Below, piece after piece: positions 19,318 to 28,827 of a stretch of DNA of 56,932 bases. Every line of letters starts with the position of its first letter. The stretch's first letter is position 1. The stretch is from a virus (Duplodnaviria > Caudoviricetes), in IMG/VR virus record IMGVR_UViG_3300032294_002078, positions 1 through 56,932 of that record, one strand, 5' to 3'. The notes beneath the pieces were generated by a model, which saw only the letters and a list, made by a program, of their open reading frames with translations, made no database searches and was not told the DNA's origin. The position numbers were made by a program, and so were the translations under genes.

Positions 19318-22300
19318 ATGCCATCTTGGAAAAAAATTATAACTTCTGGCTCATCAGATGCCAGTCTTGCAGCTTTATTTGTTAGTAATGCAGTAACCTC
19401 TAGTATATTTTCTGGTTCTAGATTTATAGGAGCATCGTTTACAGGCTCATTTACTGGGTCATTTACAGGTAGATTAACCGGTACAGCTAGTTTTGCATCT
19501 ACTGCTTCTTTTATTAATTCAGGAACTACAAATGCATTTGTTCAAGGAGGAAATTCTTTTGGCACTACAGCACTTATAGGTACAAACGACGCTCAAAATT
19601 TAGCATTAGAAAGTAATGGAACGGTTAGAGTAACCTTAGATAGCTCAGGAAATACTAATATAGCTACAGGATACCAATTTAGTTCAGCAGGAACTTTAAA
19701 CTGGGGAACTAGTGGATATAGTATTGGGCAATTAAGTTGGGATGCAGGAGGAGGCGCAAATAACTATGCCGCTGTATATTCTCAAGGAATTTATAATTTA
19801 AGAATAGGTACAACATCATATCCAATATCATTATTTATAACATCATCAAATGGTAATGTTGGTGTAAATACTAATGATCCACAACATAGACTTGATATTT
19901 TTACAAATAGTAAAACATCAATCACTGCACTTAATTCTGCTATAAATGTTGATTATCAAGGAATAAATGCAAATAGATATCAAACAATAGGATTTACTTG
20001 GAAAGGTTCTACAGGAACGGGACTTACTTATTGGGGATTAGGATTTAAAGGCACAAATTTTAGCTCAGCATTAGGAGATCTATTTTTATATACTGCAGGT
20101 ACTGAAAGAGTAACAGTGACTCAAACAGGAGATGTCGGTATAAGTAATACGTCTCCAAATCAAAGATTAGATGTTATTGGAAGGCTTAAGTTTAGATCTG
20201 ATGATTCTTCTACACCTGGTTATTGGCTTACTAATAATGCTGGTACAGAAGATGTATTCGTTGGACTTCAAAGTACTACGTCTACTTCTCCTTTTGGAGT
20301 TTATTCAGGTGGAAGTTGGAGACTAACTTTAACTAACGGAGGAGATTTTGGTATAGGTACTACAAGCCCTTCAGTAGCATTACACATAGCAAGAACAGCA
20401 GCGATTGGCCCCGCTATAAGATTACAAACAACAGATTCAACAACAAATGGTTCTATACAATGGACAAATAGTAGCAATAGTACATTAGCTTTAATTGGAT
20501 CTAATATTAATGTTTCAGATGGAAGTGGTAATTTAGAATTTATGGCTGGCGGTACTAGTACTAGAATGATGATTAGTTCTAGTGGAAATATTGGTATAGG
20601 TACCACGTCACCAGCATATAAATTAGATGTTTTTAATACAGGCCGAGATATAGCTAGATTTTATAATAATCAAACAGAGGCTGTTGTTAGAATTGGATCT
20701 ACCGCTAATAGTCAATGGTCTGATCTTTTATTACAATCAGATGGGGGCTCAGGTGAAATATTTAAAGCAGGATCTGCATATACTTCATATGGAGGAGCTC
20801 TTTCATTAAATATATGGAATAATAATGCTGGTATATACTTCTTTCCTAATGCAGCAACTGCAGCAACAATGGCTATTACTGGAAGTAATGTAGGTATAGG
20901 AACTACTTCTCCTATATATAAATTAGATATAGCAGGACAATCATTAAGTAGCACCGCAGGAACTCAAGAATTATTAGAAAGATTTAATGTAACAACTTCA
21001 AATAATGATTATTTAGAACTTACAAATACAAGAGTATCTACTGGAGGTACTTGGGAAACTGCAGGATTTAGAATTCAACAAAAAGTTGATTCTACTTGGA
21101 TGGGATACATTCAATTTAATGGAAATAATAATGGAGGTATTTCATTTGGTACAGGACTTAATGCAGGAGCGCCTCTTAATATACCAGAAGCACTTAGAAT
21201 AGTTAATGGCGGAAACATAGGAGTGCGTGTAACATCACCTAGTTCTTACTTAGATATTGGAGGAGCTCAAGATACAGCAGGTCAAATATCTTTACAACTA
21301 AGATCTGGTAATAGTGCAGCTAATTTTAGCAGTAATCAAATTACTTTTGGGTATAATAATACTGATACCTATAGACATACAATAAAAACAAGACATAATT
21401 CTGGGGCTGTTTCTGGTAATGCTATTGATTTTTATACTTGGAAACAAAGTACAGATAGTGCTGGCACAATAGGTACCCAGCATGTAATGTCTTTAGACGG
21501 AACTAATGTAGGAATAAATGTCACTACACCAACAGGTAGATTCCAAATAGATAGTAATAATACCCCTACTTTATCTGGAACATCACCAACAGGTGCTATA
21601 GTTATTAAATCTACAGCAACAACAGCATTAACATTTGGCGTGCATGAAAATAGTCCTTTTTATGGATGGCTACAAATGCGCCATGGTTCTGTTGCAGATA
21701 TTGCATATCCACTAGCGTTACAACCTTTAGGGGGAACTGTAGGTATAGGCCAAACTTCTCCATCATATACATTAGATGTAAATGGATCTATAGGAGGAAG
21801 TTCACTTTATATATCAAATACAAATGGTGTATATCTTAATGGAGATTCTGGTGGTTTAGTAGTAAATGGAACAGGGTATTTCTATTCTAATTCTGCAGGT
21901 GGATCTTATTTTCAAAATGTAGCTAGATTTAGAGGAGGCATATCTAATGATTTAGCAGCCTATTTAACTATAAATGGAGGTACGTCAAACCAAACGTATT
22001 TTGTTGGTAATGTAGGAATAGGAACTACAACTCCAGGTCAGGCACTAGATGTAAATGGTAGAATAAGATTAGGAAGTAATGCTCAAACAGAAATATACTC
22101 ATCAACAAATAGAGTTATGTTTAGAGCAGAAGATACAGACGGTGTTGCTCAATTTGCATCATATGGTCTATTTCTTCCCAATTCAGGTCAATCATACAAT
22201 CTATATCAGGCAGGATCTACTTTATTAGGATACACAGATTCTAGTGCTAAACTAGACATAGCTAGAGGAAGCAGCGGTGCTTCTATTTTTGTAAGAATAA

Positions 22301-23001
22301 ACTCAAATGGAGATTCTTGGCTTAATGGTGGTAGTGTAGGTATAGGAACTACAACGCCACAAAAACCTCTTGAAGTAATATCAAATGCTAATGATTTTGT
22401 ATCAATAGGCGTAAATGGACTAGCAGTCGGTCAATGGACCGGAATTCATTTTGGATATAGAGAAGCAAATAATTTATATAGAAAATCTGCTATAGTATTT
22501 GAAAGAACAGATTTAACTTCAAATGATGCTCAAGGTAAAATACATATATTAAATGGACCACAAGGAAGTAGTGGAAATGCTACGTTGTCTAATGCTAGAT
22601 TAACTATTGCAGAAAATGGTAATGTTGGTATATTAACAACAAGTCCTTCATACGCATTAGATGTATTAGGAACAATTCGTGCAACTGGAGATGTTATTGC
22701 ATATTCTGATGCTAGAGTAAAAGATAATGTAAAACCTATTGAAAATGCATTAGAAAAATTAACTTCTTTAAGAGGAGTTAGCTATACTAGAAAAGACACA
22801 GATGATAAATCAACTAAGATAGGAGTAATTGCACAAGAAGTACTTCCAATAATACCAGAAGTAGTATCTAAAGACCAAAATGGTAATTATAGTGTGGCAT
22901 ATGGTAATATGGTAGGACTATTAATTGAAGCGGTTAAAGAACAACAAAAACAAATAGACGAACTCAAATATTTATTAGAAAATAAGAAAAAGAAAAAATA
23001 A
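19318..23001 (+). CDS. Long tail fibre with GNVGIGTTSP repeats and C-terminal S74 chaperone
   Basis: About ten G(N/D)(V/I)GIGTT.P...LDV modules; YSDARVKDNV...LRGVSY...IGVIAQEV...VAYGNMVGLLIEAVKEQQKQI. Confidence 0.9.
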   Translation: MPSWKKIITSGSSDASLAALFVSNAVTSSIFSGSRFIGASFTGSFTGSFTGRLTGTASFASTASFINSGTTNAFVQGGNSFGTTALIGTNDAQNLALESNGTVRVTLDSSGNTNIATGYQFSSAGTLNWGTSGYSIGQLSWDAGGGANNYAAVYSQGIYNLRIGTTSYPISLFITSSNGNVGVNTNDPQHRLDIFTNSKTSITALNSAINVDYQGINANRYQTIGFTWKGSTGTGLTYWGLGFKGTNFSSALGDLFLYTAGTERVTVTQTGDVGISNTSPNQRLDVIGRLKFRSDDSSTPGYWLTNNAGTEDVFVGLQSTTSTSPFGVYSGGSWRLTLTNGGDFGIGTTSPSVALHIARTAAIGPAIRLQTTDSTTNGSIQWTNSSNSTLALIGSNINVSDGSGNLEFMAGGTSTRMMISSSGNIGIGTTSPAYKLDVFNTGRDIARFYNNQTEAVVRIGSTANSQWSDLLLQSDGGSGEIFKAGSAYTSYGGALSLNIWNNNAGIYFFPNAATAATMAITGSNVGIGTTSPIYKLDIAGQSLSSTAGTQELLERFNVTTSNNDYLELTNTRVSTGGTWETAGFRIQQKVDSTWMGYIQFNGNNNGGISFGTGLNAGAPLNIPEALRIVNGGNIGVRVTSPSSYLDIGGAQDTAGQISLQLRSGNSAANFSSNQITFGYNNTDTYRHTIKTRHNSGAVSGNAIDFYTWKQSTDSAGTIGTQHVMSLDGTNVGINVTTPTGRFQIDSNNTPTLSGTSPTGAIVIKSTATTALTFGVHENSPFYGWLQMRHGSVADIAYPLALQPLGGTVGIGQTSPSYTLDVNGSIGGSSLYISNTNGVYLNGDSGGLVVNGTGYFYSNSAGGSYFQNVARFRGGISNDLAAYLTINGGTSNQTYFVGNVGIGTTTPGQALDVNGRIRLGSNAQTEIYSSTNRVMFRAEDTDGVAQFASYGLFLPNSGQSYNLYQAGSTLLGYTDSSAKLDIARGSSGASIFVRINSNGDSWLNGGSVGIGTTTPQKPLEVISNANDFVSIGVNGLAVGQWTGIHFGYREANNLYRKSAIVFERTDLTSNDAQGKIHILNGPQGSSGNATLSNARLTIAENGNVGILTTSPSYALDVLGTIRATGDVIAYSDARVKDNVKPIENALEKLTSLRGVSYTRKDTDDKSTKIGVIAQEVLPIIPEVVSKDQNGNYSVAYGNMVGLLIEAVKEQQKQIDELKYLLENKKKKK

Positions 23002-23354
23002 TGGCAATTAATTACAATTGGAACTTTAATCCTTTAGAAGCTTATCCAACTGCATCTGGAGAAACAAATGTAGTATTCAATGTGCACTGGCAACTTTATG
23101 GATCAACAGGATCATACCAATCGTCAGTAATAGGAGTACAACCAGTTACTTACGAATCAGGTTCTGCATTTACTCCTTTTAATGAACTTACTTATGATAT
23201 AGTTTATAATTGGATGACTGCTTCAATGGGCACTGCTAGTATGCAAAATTATGAAGCAACTGTTGCTCAACAAATACAAAATCAAATTAATCCTCCTGTG
23301 TTAATAGAACAAGCTCCTTGGTTGCCAACAGGATCATTACCAAATACACCATAA
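23001..23354 (+). CDS. Tail-fibre-associated small protein
   Basis: YNWNFNPLEAYP...VVFNVHW...FTPFNELT, a type commonly found after phage fibre genes; overlaps the upstream stop. Confidence 0.65.
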   Translation: MAINYNWNFNPLEAYPTASGETNVVFNVHWQLYGSTGSYQSSVIGVQPVTYESGSAFTPFNELTYDIVYNWMTASMGTASMQNYEATVAQQIQNQINPPVLIEQAPWLPTGSLPNTP

Positions 23355-23365
23355 TAATATTTTTT

Positions 23366-23875
23366 ATGCCAGCAAGATTTATAAACGTAAACAATTCAGG
23401 AAGAGCTAGATTTACAAATGTAAATAACTCAGGACGAGCAGTATTTGGAGAAGGTGGACCTCCCGCACCAACAACTACAACTACAACACTTCCTGTATAC
23501 AATTATGTCTATACTATTTCATTTTCGAGAGCTTCAGGTAATCTTCAAGCCAGTTTAACATTTAATAGTACTACAGATCCCAGTGGTGTATCAGGAGCTA
23601 CAGTATCAGCAGTAGCAACTCCATTAAGATTTTCAGCTGCTAACTGTTCAACACCTATTGGAGGAGCGCCCCAAACTACAACTACTATAAATTCAGGAGC
23701 ATCTGTTGGAGCTAATAACACTGCAGTTTCTGAAGCCATCGGATCAACACTATCCGTAAGATTGACATCACTTACATTTGGTGGAACTTCTATAACAAGT
23801 AATCCCCAAACCGTAGTTATAGGTGGACAAAACTATATAATTAATGGATACAATGCTTGTTCTGAGACTAATTAA
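23366..23875 (+). CDS. Putative virion decoration protein with poly-Thr linker
   Basis: ATG at 23366 preferred because it avoids overlap; tandem ARFxNVNNSGR repeat; PPAPTTTTTTLP. Confidence 0.65.
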   Translation: MPARFINVNNSGRARFTNVNNSGRAVFGEGGPPAPTTTTTTLPVYNYVYTISFSRASGNLQASLTFNSTTDPSGVSGATVSAVATPLRFSAANCSTPIGGAPQTTTTINSGASVGANNTAVSEAIGSTLSVRLTSLTFGGTSITSNPQTVVIGGQNYIINGYNACSETN

Positions 23876-23912
23876 TAGATGTAATCAATTTTTTGATATA
23901 TAAAAATACATT

Positions 23913-24707
23913 GTGGCATTACCAGCTAGTGGGATTATATCAATGAGTATGCTCATAACAGAGCTTCAAAATTCTGGTCGTACTAGTAATATAGAATTAT
24001 CTAAAATTGGTAGTTTATTAGGTAGCGATGCTAATACTGGTTCAGGATACGTTCCTGTTAATAGAAGCGCTCCCACAAAACCTACAGATGACGTAGTTCC
24101 ATCAGCAATATCAGAATGGTATAGTTATGATCATACAGCAAATCAAAATTGTCCGACAGGAGATATAGACACTCCTATTTTATTAGGTAGTTATTTATAT
24201 TATAGAGTAAATGTAACGGGGAGTTCTGGAGCCGTTTCCAGTATAACTATAAGTTCTCCTGATAATGTAACTCCTAATTTATCTACTATGAGGTTTCAAA
24301 TATATACCTCATATCCATTTACTAATACAGGCACATTAACTGGTTTTCCTGTGTTTGACGGAACTTTTACTAATACTAATTTTCAAACATATGATTATAC
24401 TTTATCTTCAACTTCACAAGTTTTATATTTAGTAATGTGGAAAGAAGGTAGTCAAGATCAAAATATATTAACGCCTATATATTTTATGACAACTCCATCA
24501 TGCGGAAATGTTGATAATATTAGAGCAGTAGTAACATCAAATAATGATCCTACATTAGCAGCAGCATCAGCAAATTCTTCTGCTTTATTAAATCCTAGAA
24601 CAAATGCACTAATTACTGGATTTAATTACGTTAGAGATGAAGGTGGTAGTATTTATAATATAAATTCAAGTACAGCTGTAGTAGGATCTCTATACACAAA
24701 TTGTTAA
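23913..24707 (+). CDS. Putative virion/fibre-tip protein (MALPASG N-terminus)
   Basis: GTG start; beta-rich, Ser/Thr-rich, with Cys residues. Confidence 0.6.
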   Translation: MALPASGIISMSMLITELQNSGRTSNIELSKIGSLLGSDANTGSGYVPVNRSAPTKPTDDVVPSAISEWYSYDHTANQNCPTGDIDTPILLGSYLYYRVNVTGSSGAVSSITISSPDNVTPNLSTMRFQIYTSYPFTNTGTLTGFPVFDGTFTNTNFQTYDYTLSSTSQVLYLVMWKEGSQDQNILTPIYFMTTPSCGNVDNIRAVVTSNNDPTLAAASANSSALLNPRTNALITGFNYVRDEGGSIYNINSSTAVVGSLYTNC

Positions 24708-24718
24708 AATAATGTTTT

Positions 24719-25018
24719 ATGGCTCCATACTTTAGATTTAATGTACCTTGTGCTATAACAACAACAACTACAACAACTACGACAACGGCACCTCCATGTT
24801 ATTGTTATACAATAATTGCAGAAAATGGAACTACAACAATATCTTATTCAAGATGTAATGATGGTGCTATAGTTAATTTAGAAGTTTTATCTGCTGAAAC
24901 AGCATACGTTTGTTCTAGAGATACTCCTGTTTATGTTAGTGGTGCAATACCTACAATATTTGCATGTTCATCTACTGTTGATTGTACAGAAAATATAAAT
25001 TGTAATGGATGTACTTAA
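24719..25018 (+). CDS. Small Cys-rich protein with poly-Thr tract
   Basis: T10 run; nine Cys in 99 aa. Confidence 0.65.
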   Translation: MAPYFRFNVPCAITTTTTTTTTTAPPCYCYTIIAENGTTTISYSRCNDGAIVNLEVLSAETAYVCSRDTPVYVSGAIPTIFACSSTVDCTENINCNGCT

Positions 25019-25044
25019 TATATTTATAATAAAAAAAATAATTT

Positions 25045-25224
25045 ATGATTTACCAAGTACAAATGCAATTTATTCCTGGCAGTGATCAAATTTGGGTAGC
25101 TAGATTAAATCCAAATGATCCAATCTATGAATATCCTACTCAAGAAGAAGCGCAGTTAAAAGCTGATGAACTTAAATTAGCAGACCCTACTGATCGTCAG
25201 TATAGAGTAGCACAAATTGGATAA
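25045..25224 (+). CDS. 59-aa hypothetical protein, absent from the ORF track
   Basis: MIYQVQMQFIPGSDQIWVARLNPNDPIYEY...RVAQIG*; preceded by ATATTTAT at 25020. Confidence 0.75.
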   Translation: MIYQVQMQFIPGSDQIWVARLNPNDPIYEYPTQEEAQLKADELKLADPTDRQYRVAQIG

Positions 25225-25274
25225 AAATTTATTTTTCTCTTATTTTCGTATATTTATAAATAAATAACTATTTT

Positions 25275-25544
25275 ATGTTACAGATTATTCTAGTTCTTGC
25301 AGTTGCTTGTGTTGCTGCATACTTTATTGCTACTTCTAGGAAAAGTAAAGTAGAAGAAATTAGCAAAGACACACCAGCCCCAAAAAATCCAACATTTGAT
25401 CCAGTAGTTCCTGCTCCAGCACCAGTAGAAGTAATTAAGCCAAAAGCTGAACCTATTGCTAGCGTGCAACAAGTAGAAGAATTAAAAGAAGCAAAAAAAG
25501 TAATAAAGAAAAAAGCTGCTCCTAAAAAGAAAACTACTAAATAA
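25275..25544 (+). CDS. Membrane-anchored Pro/Lys-rich small protein
   Basis: N-terminal hydrophobic helix, Pro-rich middle, KKAAPKKKTTK tail. Confidence 0.7.
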   Translation: MLQIILVLAVACVAAYFIATSRKSKVEEISKDTPAPKNPTFDPVVPAPAPVEVIKPKAEPIASVQQVEELKEAKKVIKKKAAPKKKTTK

Positions 25545-25575
25545 ATTGACTTTGTTTTTTTAATATAAAAAAATA

Positions 25576-25606
25576 GGCTCTCTGTAATTAGAGGGCCATT
25601 TTATTT
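25576..25606 (+). terminator. Intrinsic terminator-like hairpin, possibly bidirectional
   Basis: GGCTCTCT-GTAATT-AGAGGGCC with A-tract before and T-rich tract after. Confidence 0.65.
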
Positions 25607-25643
25607 CTTACATTAGTTTACATATTTATTATAAAATTACGTT

Positions 25644-25880
25644 ATGGCAAAGCTTACAGAAAACGAATTACAAAGGTTACATCAAGTTAGAAAAGACTCT
25701 TTAGAAATCGCGTCTGCTTTAGGAGAGTTACAATATCAAAAAACGGTTTTAGAGTTATTGATGGAAGATCAAAAACAAAAAATTAAAGATTTAAAAAAAT
25801 CTGAAGGTTTATTATTTGAAGAACTAAAAGACAAATACGGAAACATCAACATAAATATCGAAACTGGAGAATTCCAATAA
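25644..25880 (+). CDS. Small coiled-coil protein upstream of the sheath gene
   Basis: 78 aa heptad-rich, ends KYGNININIETGEFQ. Confidence 0.75.
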   Translation: MAKLTENELQRLHQVRKDSLEIASALGELQYQKTVLELLMEDQKQKIKDLKKSEGLLFEELKDKYGNININIETGEFQ

Positions 25881-25901
25881 AGTGTTTTGAATAAAGGATA
25901 G

Positions 25902-25909
25902 ATATTTAT
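25902..25909 (+). promoter_or_regulatory. Representative copy of the recurring ATATTTAT putative late promoter (upstream of sheath)
   Basis: About 19 copies just upstream of start codons; positions listed in findings. Confidence 0.7.
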
Positions 25910-25930
25910 TACTAGATAAAAATAATATAA

Positions 25931-27712
25931 ATGGCCGAAACACTTATTAGCCCAGGAGTTTTCTTAAATGAAAACGATCTATCCCAAATAACACAAGGAC
26001 CTATTACTGCTGGAGCAGCACTTTTAGGCCCTACAGTAATTGGACCTGTAAACATTCCAACATTAGTAACTACCTATTCAGAATACAAAGCTATCTTCGG
26101 AGCAGCATTTGTTTCTGGTGGAACTAACTTTGAATATCTAACTTCAATTGCAGCGCTTAACTATTTTGAACAAGGTGGAGAATCTCTTCTTGTTACAAGA
26201 GTTGCTTCTGGTTCAAGCAGTACCGGAACTCTATCAGGATATGAACCAGCAACTGCATCTGTAGCTTCTATTGGAGCCGCAACTTCATTTGAATTAGAAA
26301 CGCTTTCTGTTGGTAATTTAATGAATAATTTAGGTGGAACTTCTGTAGATGGTTCTTTGCCATCAGGATCTTCTGCTAATATTCGTTGGGAAGTAACTGG
26401 AGTTGATACAGGTTCAGGTGTATTTAGTATCATTATCCGCCGTGGTGATGACTACAATAATAGTAAAACTATTCTTGAAACTTGGAATAATCTTTCATTA
26501 GATCCAAATCAAAATAACTATATTGCATATGTAATTGGTGATCAAACTCAAACAATCCGCCAAGATTCAACAAACGATTACTACTTACAAATAAGTGGAT
26601 CTTATCAAAATAAAAGTAGATATGTAAGAGTTAAATCTGTTAATCTTCCAACTCCTGGATATTTTGATCAAACTGGAACTCCTCAAAACCAATATACATC
26701 CTCGCTTCCTCGATTAGGATCTGGATCTGCTAATGGTGCTTTTAGTGGAGCATCAGGTGCTATATTCGGTTCATTTGGTAAAGAACCAGTGAATATGTTT
26801 GAAAGTATTCCGACTGTTCCTTCTATTATAACAACAGCAAATTCAAATATTCAAGGTGTACATCCAGCAAATTACGCAATAGCAATAAATCTTCTTGAAA
26901 ATCAAGATTCTTATAATGTAAATGTAGTATATGCACCAGGATTAAATAGTCAGAATGCAAAAACTACAGTAGATAGCATTTTAACTCTTGCTCAAGGTCG
27001 TGGTGATGCAATTGCAGTTATTGATATGGCTTCTTATGGTCAGCAATTAAACTCTGTTATTGGTCAAGCAAACTTATATGATAACTCATATGCTGCAACT
27101 TACTGGCCATGGGTACAAGTTAGAAGCCGTGAAACTGGTAAAATAAATTTTGTTCCTGCTTCTACATTAGTACCAGCAGTTTACGAATACAACGACAAAG
27201 TTGCTGCTGAATGGTTTGCACCTGCAGGTCTTAACAGAGGCGCTTTATCTACAGTACTTCAACCAGAAAGAAAATTAACAGTTAACGATAGGAACTTGCT
27301 TTATCAAGGTAAAGTTAACCCAATCGCTACATTCCCTGGAGTTGGTACAGTAATATATGGTCAAAAGACTCTTCAACAAAAACCATCTGCACTTGATCGT
27401 GTAAATGTAAGAAGATTGTTGATTGCTCTTAAAGATTACATTGGTCAAATTGGCGAAACAATTGTATTCGAACCAAATACTCAGGTAACAAGAAATAAAT
27501 TCTTAAATCAAGTTAATCCATACTTAGAATCAGTACAACAAAGACAAGGTCTTTATGCATTCCAAGTAGTAATGGATGAGACTAATAATACACCAGATGT
27601 AGTAGATCGTAACCAATTGGTTGGTACAATATACTTACAGCCTACAAAGACTGCGGAATTCATTCAACTTGACTTCAACATTCTTCCAACTGGCACAACG
27701 TTTGGTCAATAA
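25931..27712 (+). CDS. Contractile tail sheath protein
   Basis: ISPGVFLNEND, YWPWV, WFAPAGLNRG, VNPIATFPG, GQKTLQ, LDRVNVRRLL, FEPN, PTKTAEFI. Confidence 0.96.
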   Translation: MAETLISPGVFLNENDLSQITQGPITAGAALLGPTVIGPVNIPTLVTTYSEYKAIFGAAFVSGGTNFEYLTSIAALNYFEQGGESLLVTRVASGSSSTGTLSGYEPATASVASIGAATSFELETLSVGNLMNNLGGTSVDGSLPSGSSANIRWEVTGVDTGSGVFSIIIRRGDDYNNSKTILETWNNLSLDPNQNNYIAYVIGDQTQTIRQDSTNDYYLQISGSYQNKSRYVRVKSVNLPTPGYFDQTGTPQNQYTSSLPRLGSGSANGAFSGASGAIFGSFGKEPVNMFESIPTVPSIITTANSNIQGVHPANYAIAINLLENQDSYNVNVVYAPGLNSQNAKTTVDSILTLAQGRGDAIAVIDMASYGQQLNSVIGQANLYDNSYAATYWPWVQVRSRETGKINFVPASTLVPAVYEYNDKVAAEWFAPAGLNRGALSTVLQPERKLTVNDRNLLYQGKVNPIATFPGVGTVIYGQKTLQQKPSALDRVNVRRLLIALKDYIGQIGETIVFEPNTQVTRNKFLNQVNPYLESVQQRQGLYAFQVVMDETNNTPDVVDRNQLVGTIYLQPTKTAEFIQLDFNILPTGTTFGQ

Positions 27713-27729
27713 AATAAAACAACCTTAAG

Positions 27730-28239
27730 ATGAACGATAATACAATTTTAAGAATTAAAGTACCTGCTCACTTATACGAGAGTGTAAAGAAGCAATTAAC
27801 ATTGACTGAAGCCAAAAAAGGTGGTAAAACCTATGGTGACTGGACAGTTGTGAAAGAAAAGAAAGCTCCTAAAGACGGAATGAAAAAAGTAGAAGAAATG
27901 AAACATGATAAAAAAGACAGATCTTTAGATGAATTAAAAAAAGCTAAAGATGCTCTTGATAAAAAAATTCAAGAGATGGAAACGTCTGATAAAAAAGCAA
28001 CCGTAGAAGAAGCTGTTAGTCCTGAAATAATGGATGCTATTGGTCAAATAGTAGATTTTGCAAAAGATAACGCAGGATTTCTTGCGGGTGTTGGAGGTAT
28101 TACTGGTATTGCAAAAATGATTGCTGATAAAATTAAACAAGATCCTGAAGCTAGAAAATCTCTCGATCAAAAAACAGGTGCTGGATCTACAGATACTAGT
28201 TTTTTTGAAGAGAAGAAAAAAGACGCAGAAGATAAATAA
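27730..28239 (+). CDS. Charged hypothetical protein between sheath and tube, possibly an internal head protein
   Basis: K/E-rich, one hydrophobic Gly-rich segment, several (L/V/F)-x-E sites. Confidence 0.6.
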   Translation: MNDNTILRIKVPAHLYESVKKQLTLTEAKKGGKTYGDWTVVKEKKAPKDGMKKVEEMKHDKKDRSLDELKKAKDALDKKIQEMETSDKKATVEEAVSPEIMDAIGQIVDFAKDNAGFLAGVGGITGIAKMIADKIKQDPEARKSLDQKTGAGSTDTSFFEEKKKDAEDK

Positions 28240-28283
28240 ATTCGTTGTCGAATATTTATAAGTAGAATAAAACTTAACATACA

Positions 28284-28769
28284 ATGCCAGTATTGGATCC
28301 TAATGAAATAATGTTCACAGCGTTTGAACCGACAGTATCAAATAGATTTGTGATGTACATTGATGGTATTCCTTCTTACATGATTAAGAAGGCAGACGCA
28401 CCAGGTGTAACTTTAAATGAGATCAAACTCGACCATATCAACGTTTACCGTAAGATTAAAGGTAAAGCTGAATGGAGAGATATGAGCTTAGCACTCTATA
28501 ACCCAGTATCTCCTTCAGGACAACAAGCTGTAATGGAATGGGTACGTCTTCACCATGAATCAGTAACTGGTCGTGATGGTTATTCTGACTTCTATAAGAA
28601 AGATCTTAACTTGTCTATTTTAGGTCCAGTAGGCGATATTGTAAGTGAGTGGATTGTTAAAGGTGCTTTCATTAAAGAAGCTACTTTTGGAAACTATGAC
28701 TGGTCAACATCTGATCCAACTGAATTGACTATTTCAATAGGAATGGATTACTGTGTATTAAATTACTGA
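28284..28769 (+). CDS. Tail tube protein (T4 gp19-like)
   Basis: 161 aa; FEP..SNRF, KGKAEW, VMEW, YKKD..L..LGP.G..V.EW...GAF; follows the sheath gene. Confidence 0.9.
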   Translation: MPVLDPNEIMFTAFEPTVSNRFVMYIDGIPSYMIKKADAPGVTLNEIKLDHINVYRKIKGKAEWRDMSLALYNPVSPSGQQAVMEWVRLHHESVTGRDGYSDFYKKDLNLSILGPVGDIVSEWIVKGAFIKEATFGNYDWSTSDPTELTISIGMDYCVLNY

Positions 28770-28790
28770 GTACTCAATTATCAATTTATT

Positions 28791-28827
28791 AAACCTCCCA
28801 ATATTTATTATAAAGGGAGGTTTTTTT
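28791..28827 (+). terminator. Hairpin plus T7 tract with the ATATTTAT motif in its loop
   Basis: AAACCTCCC (28791-28799) pairs with GGGAGGTTT (28815-28823). Confidence 0.75.
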
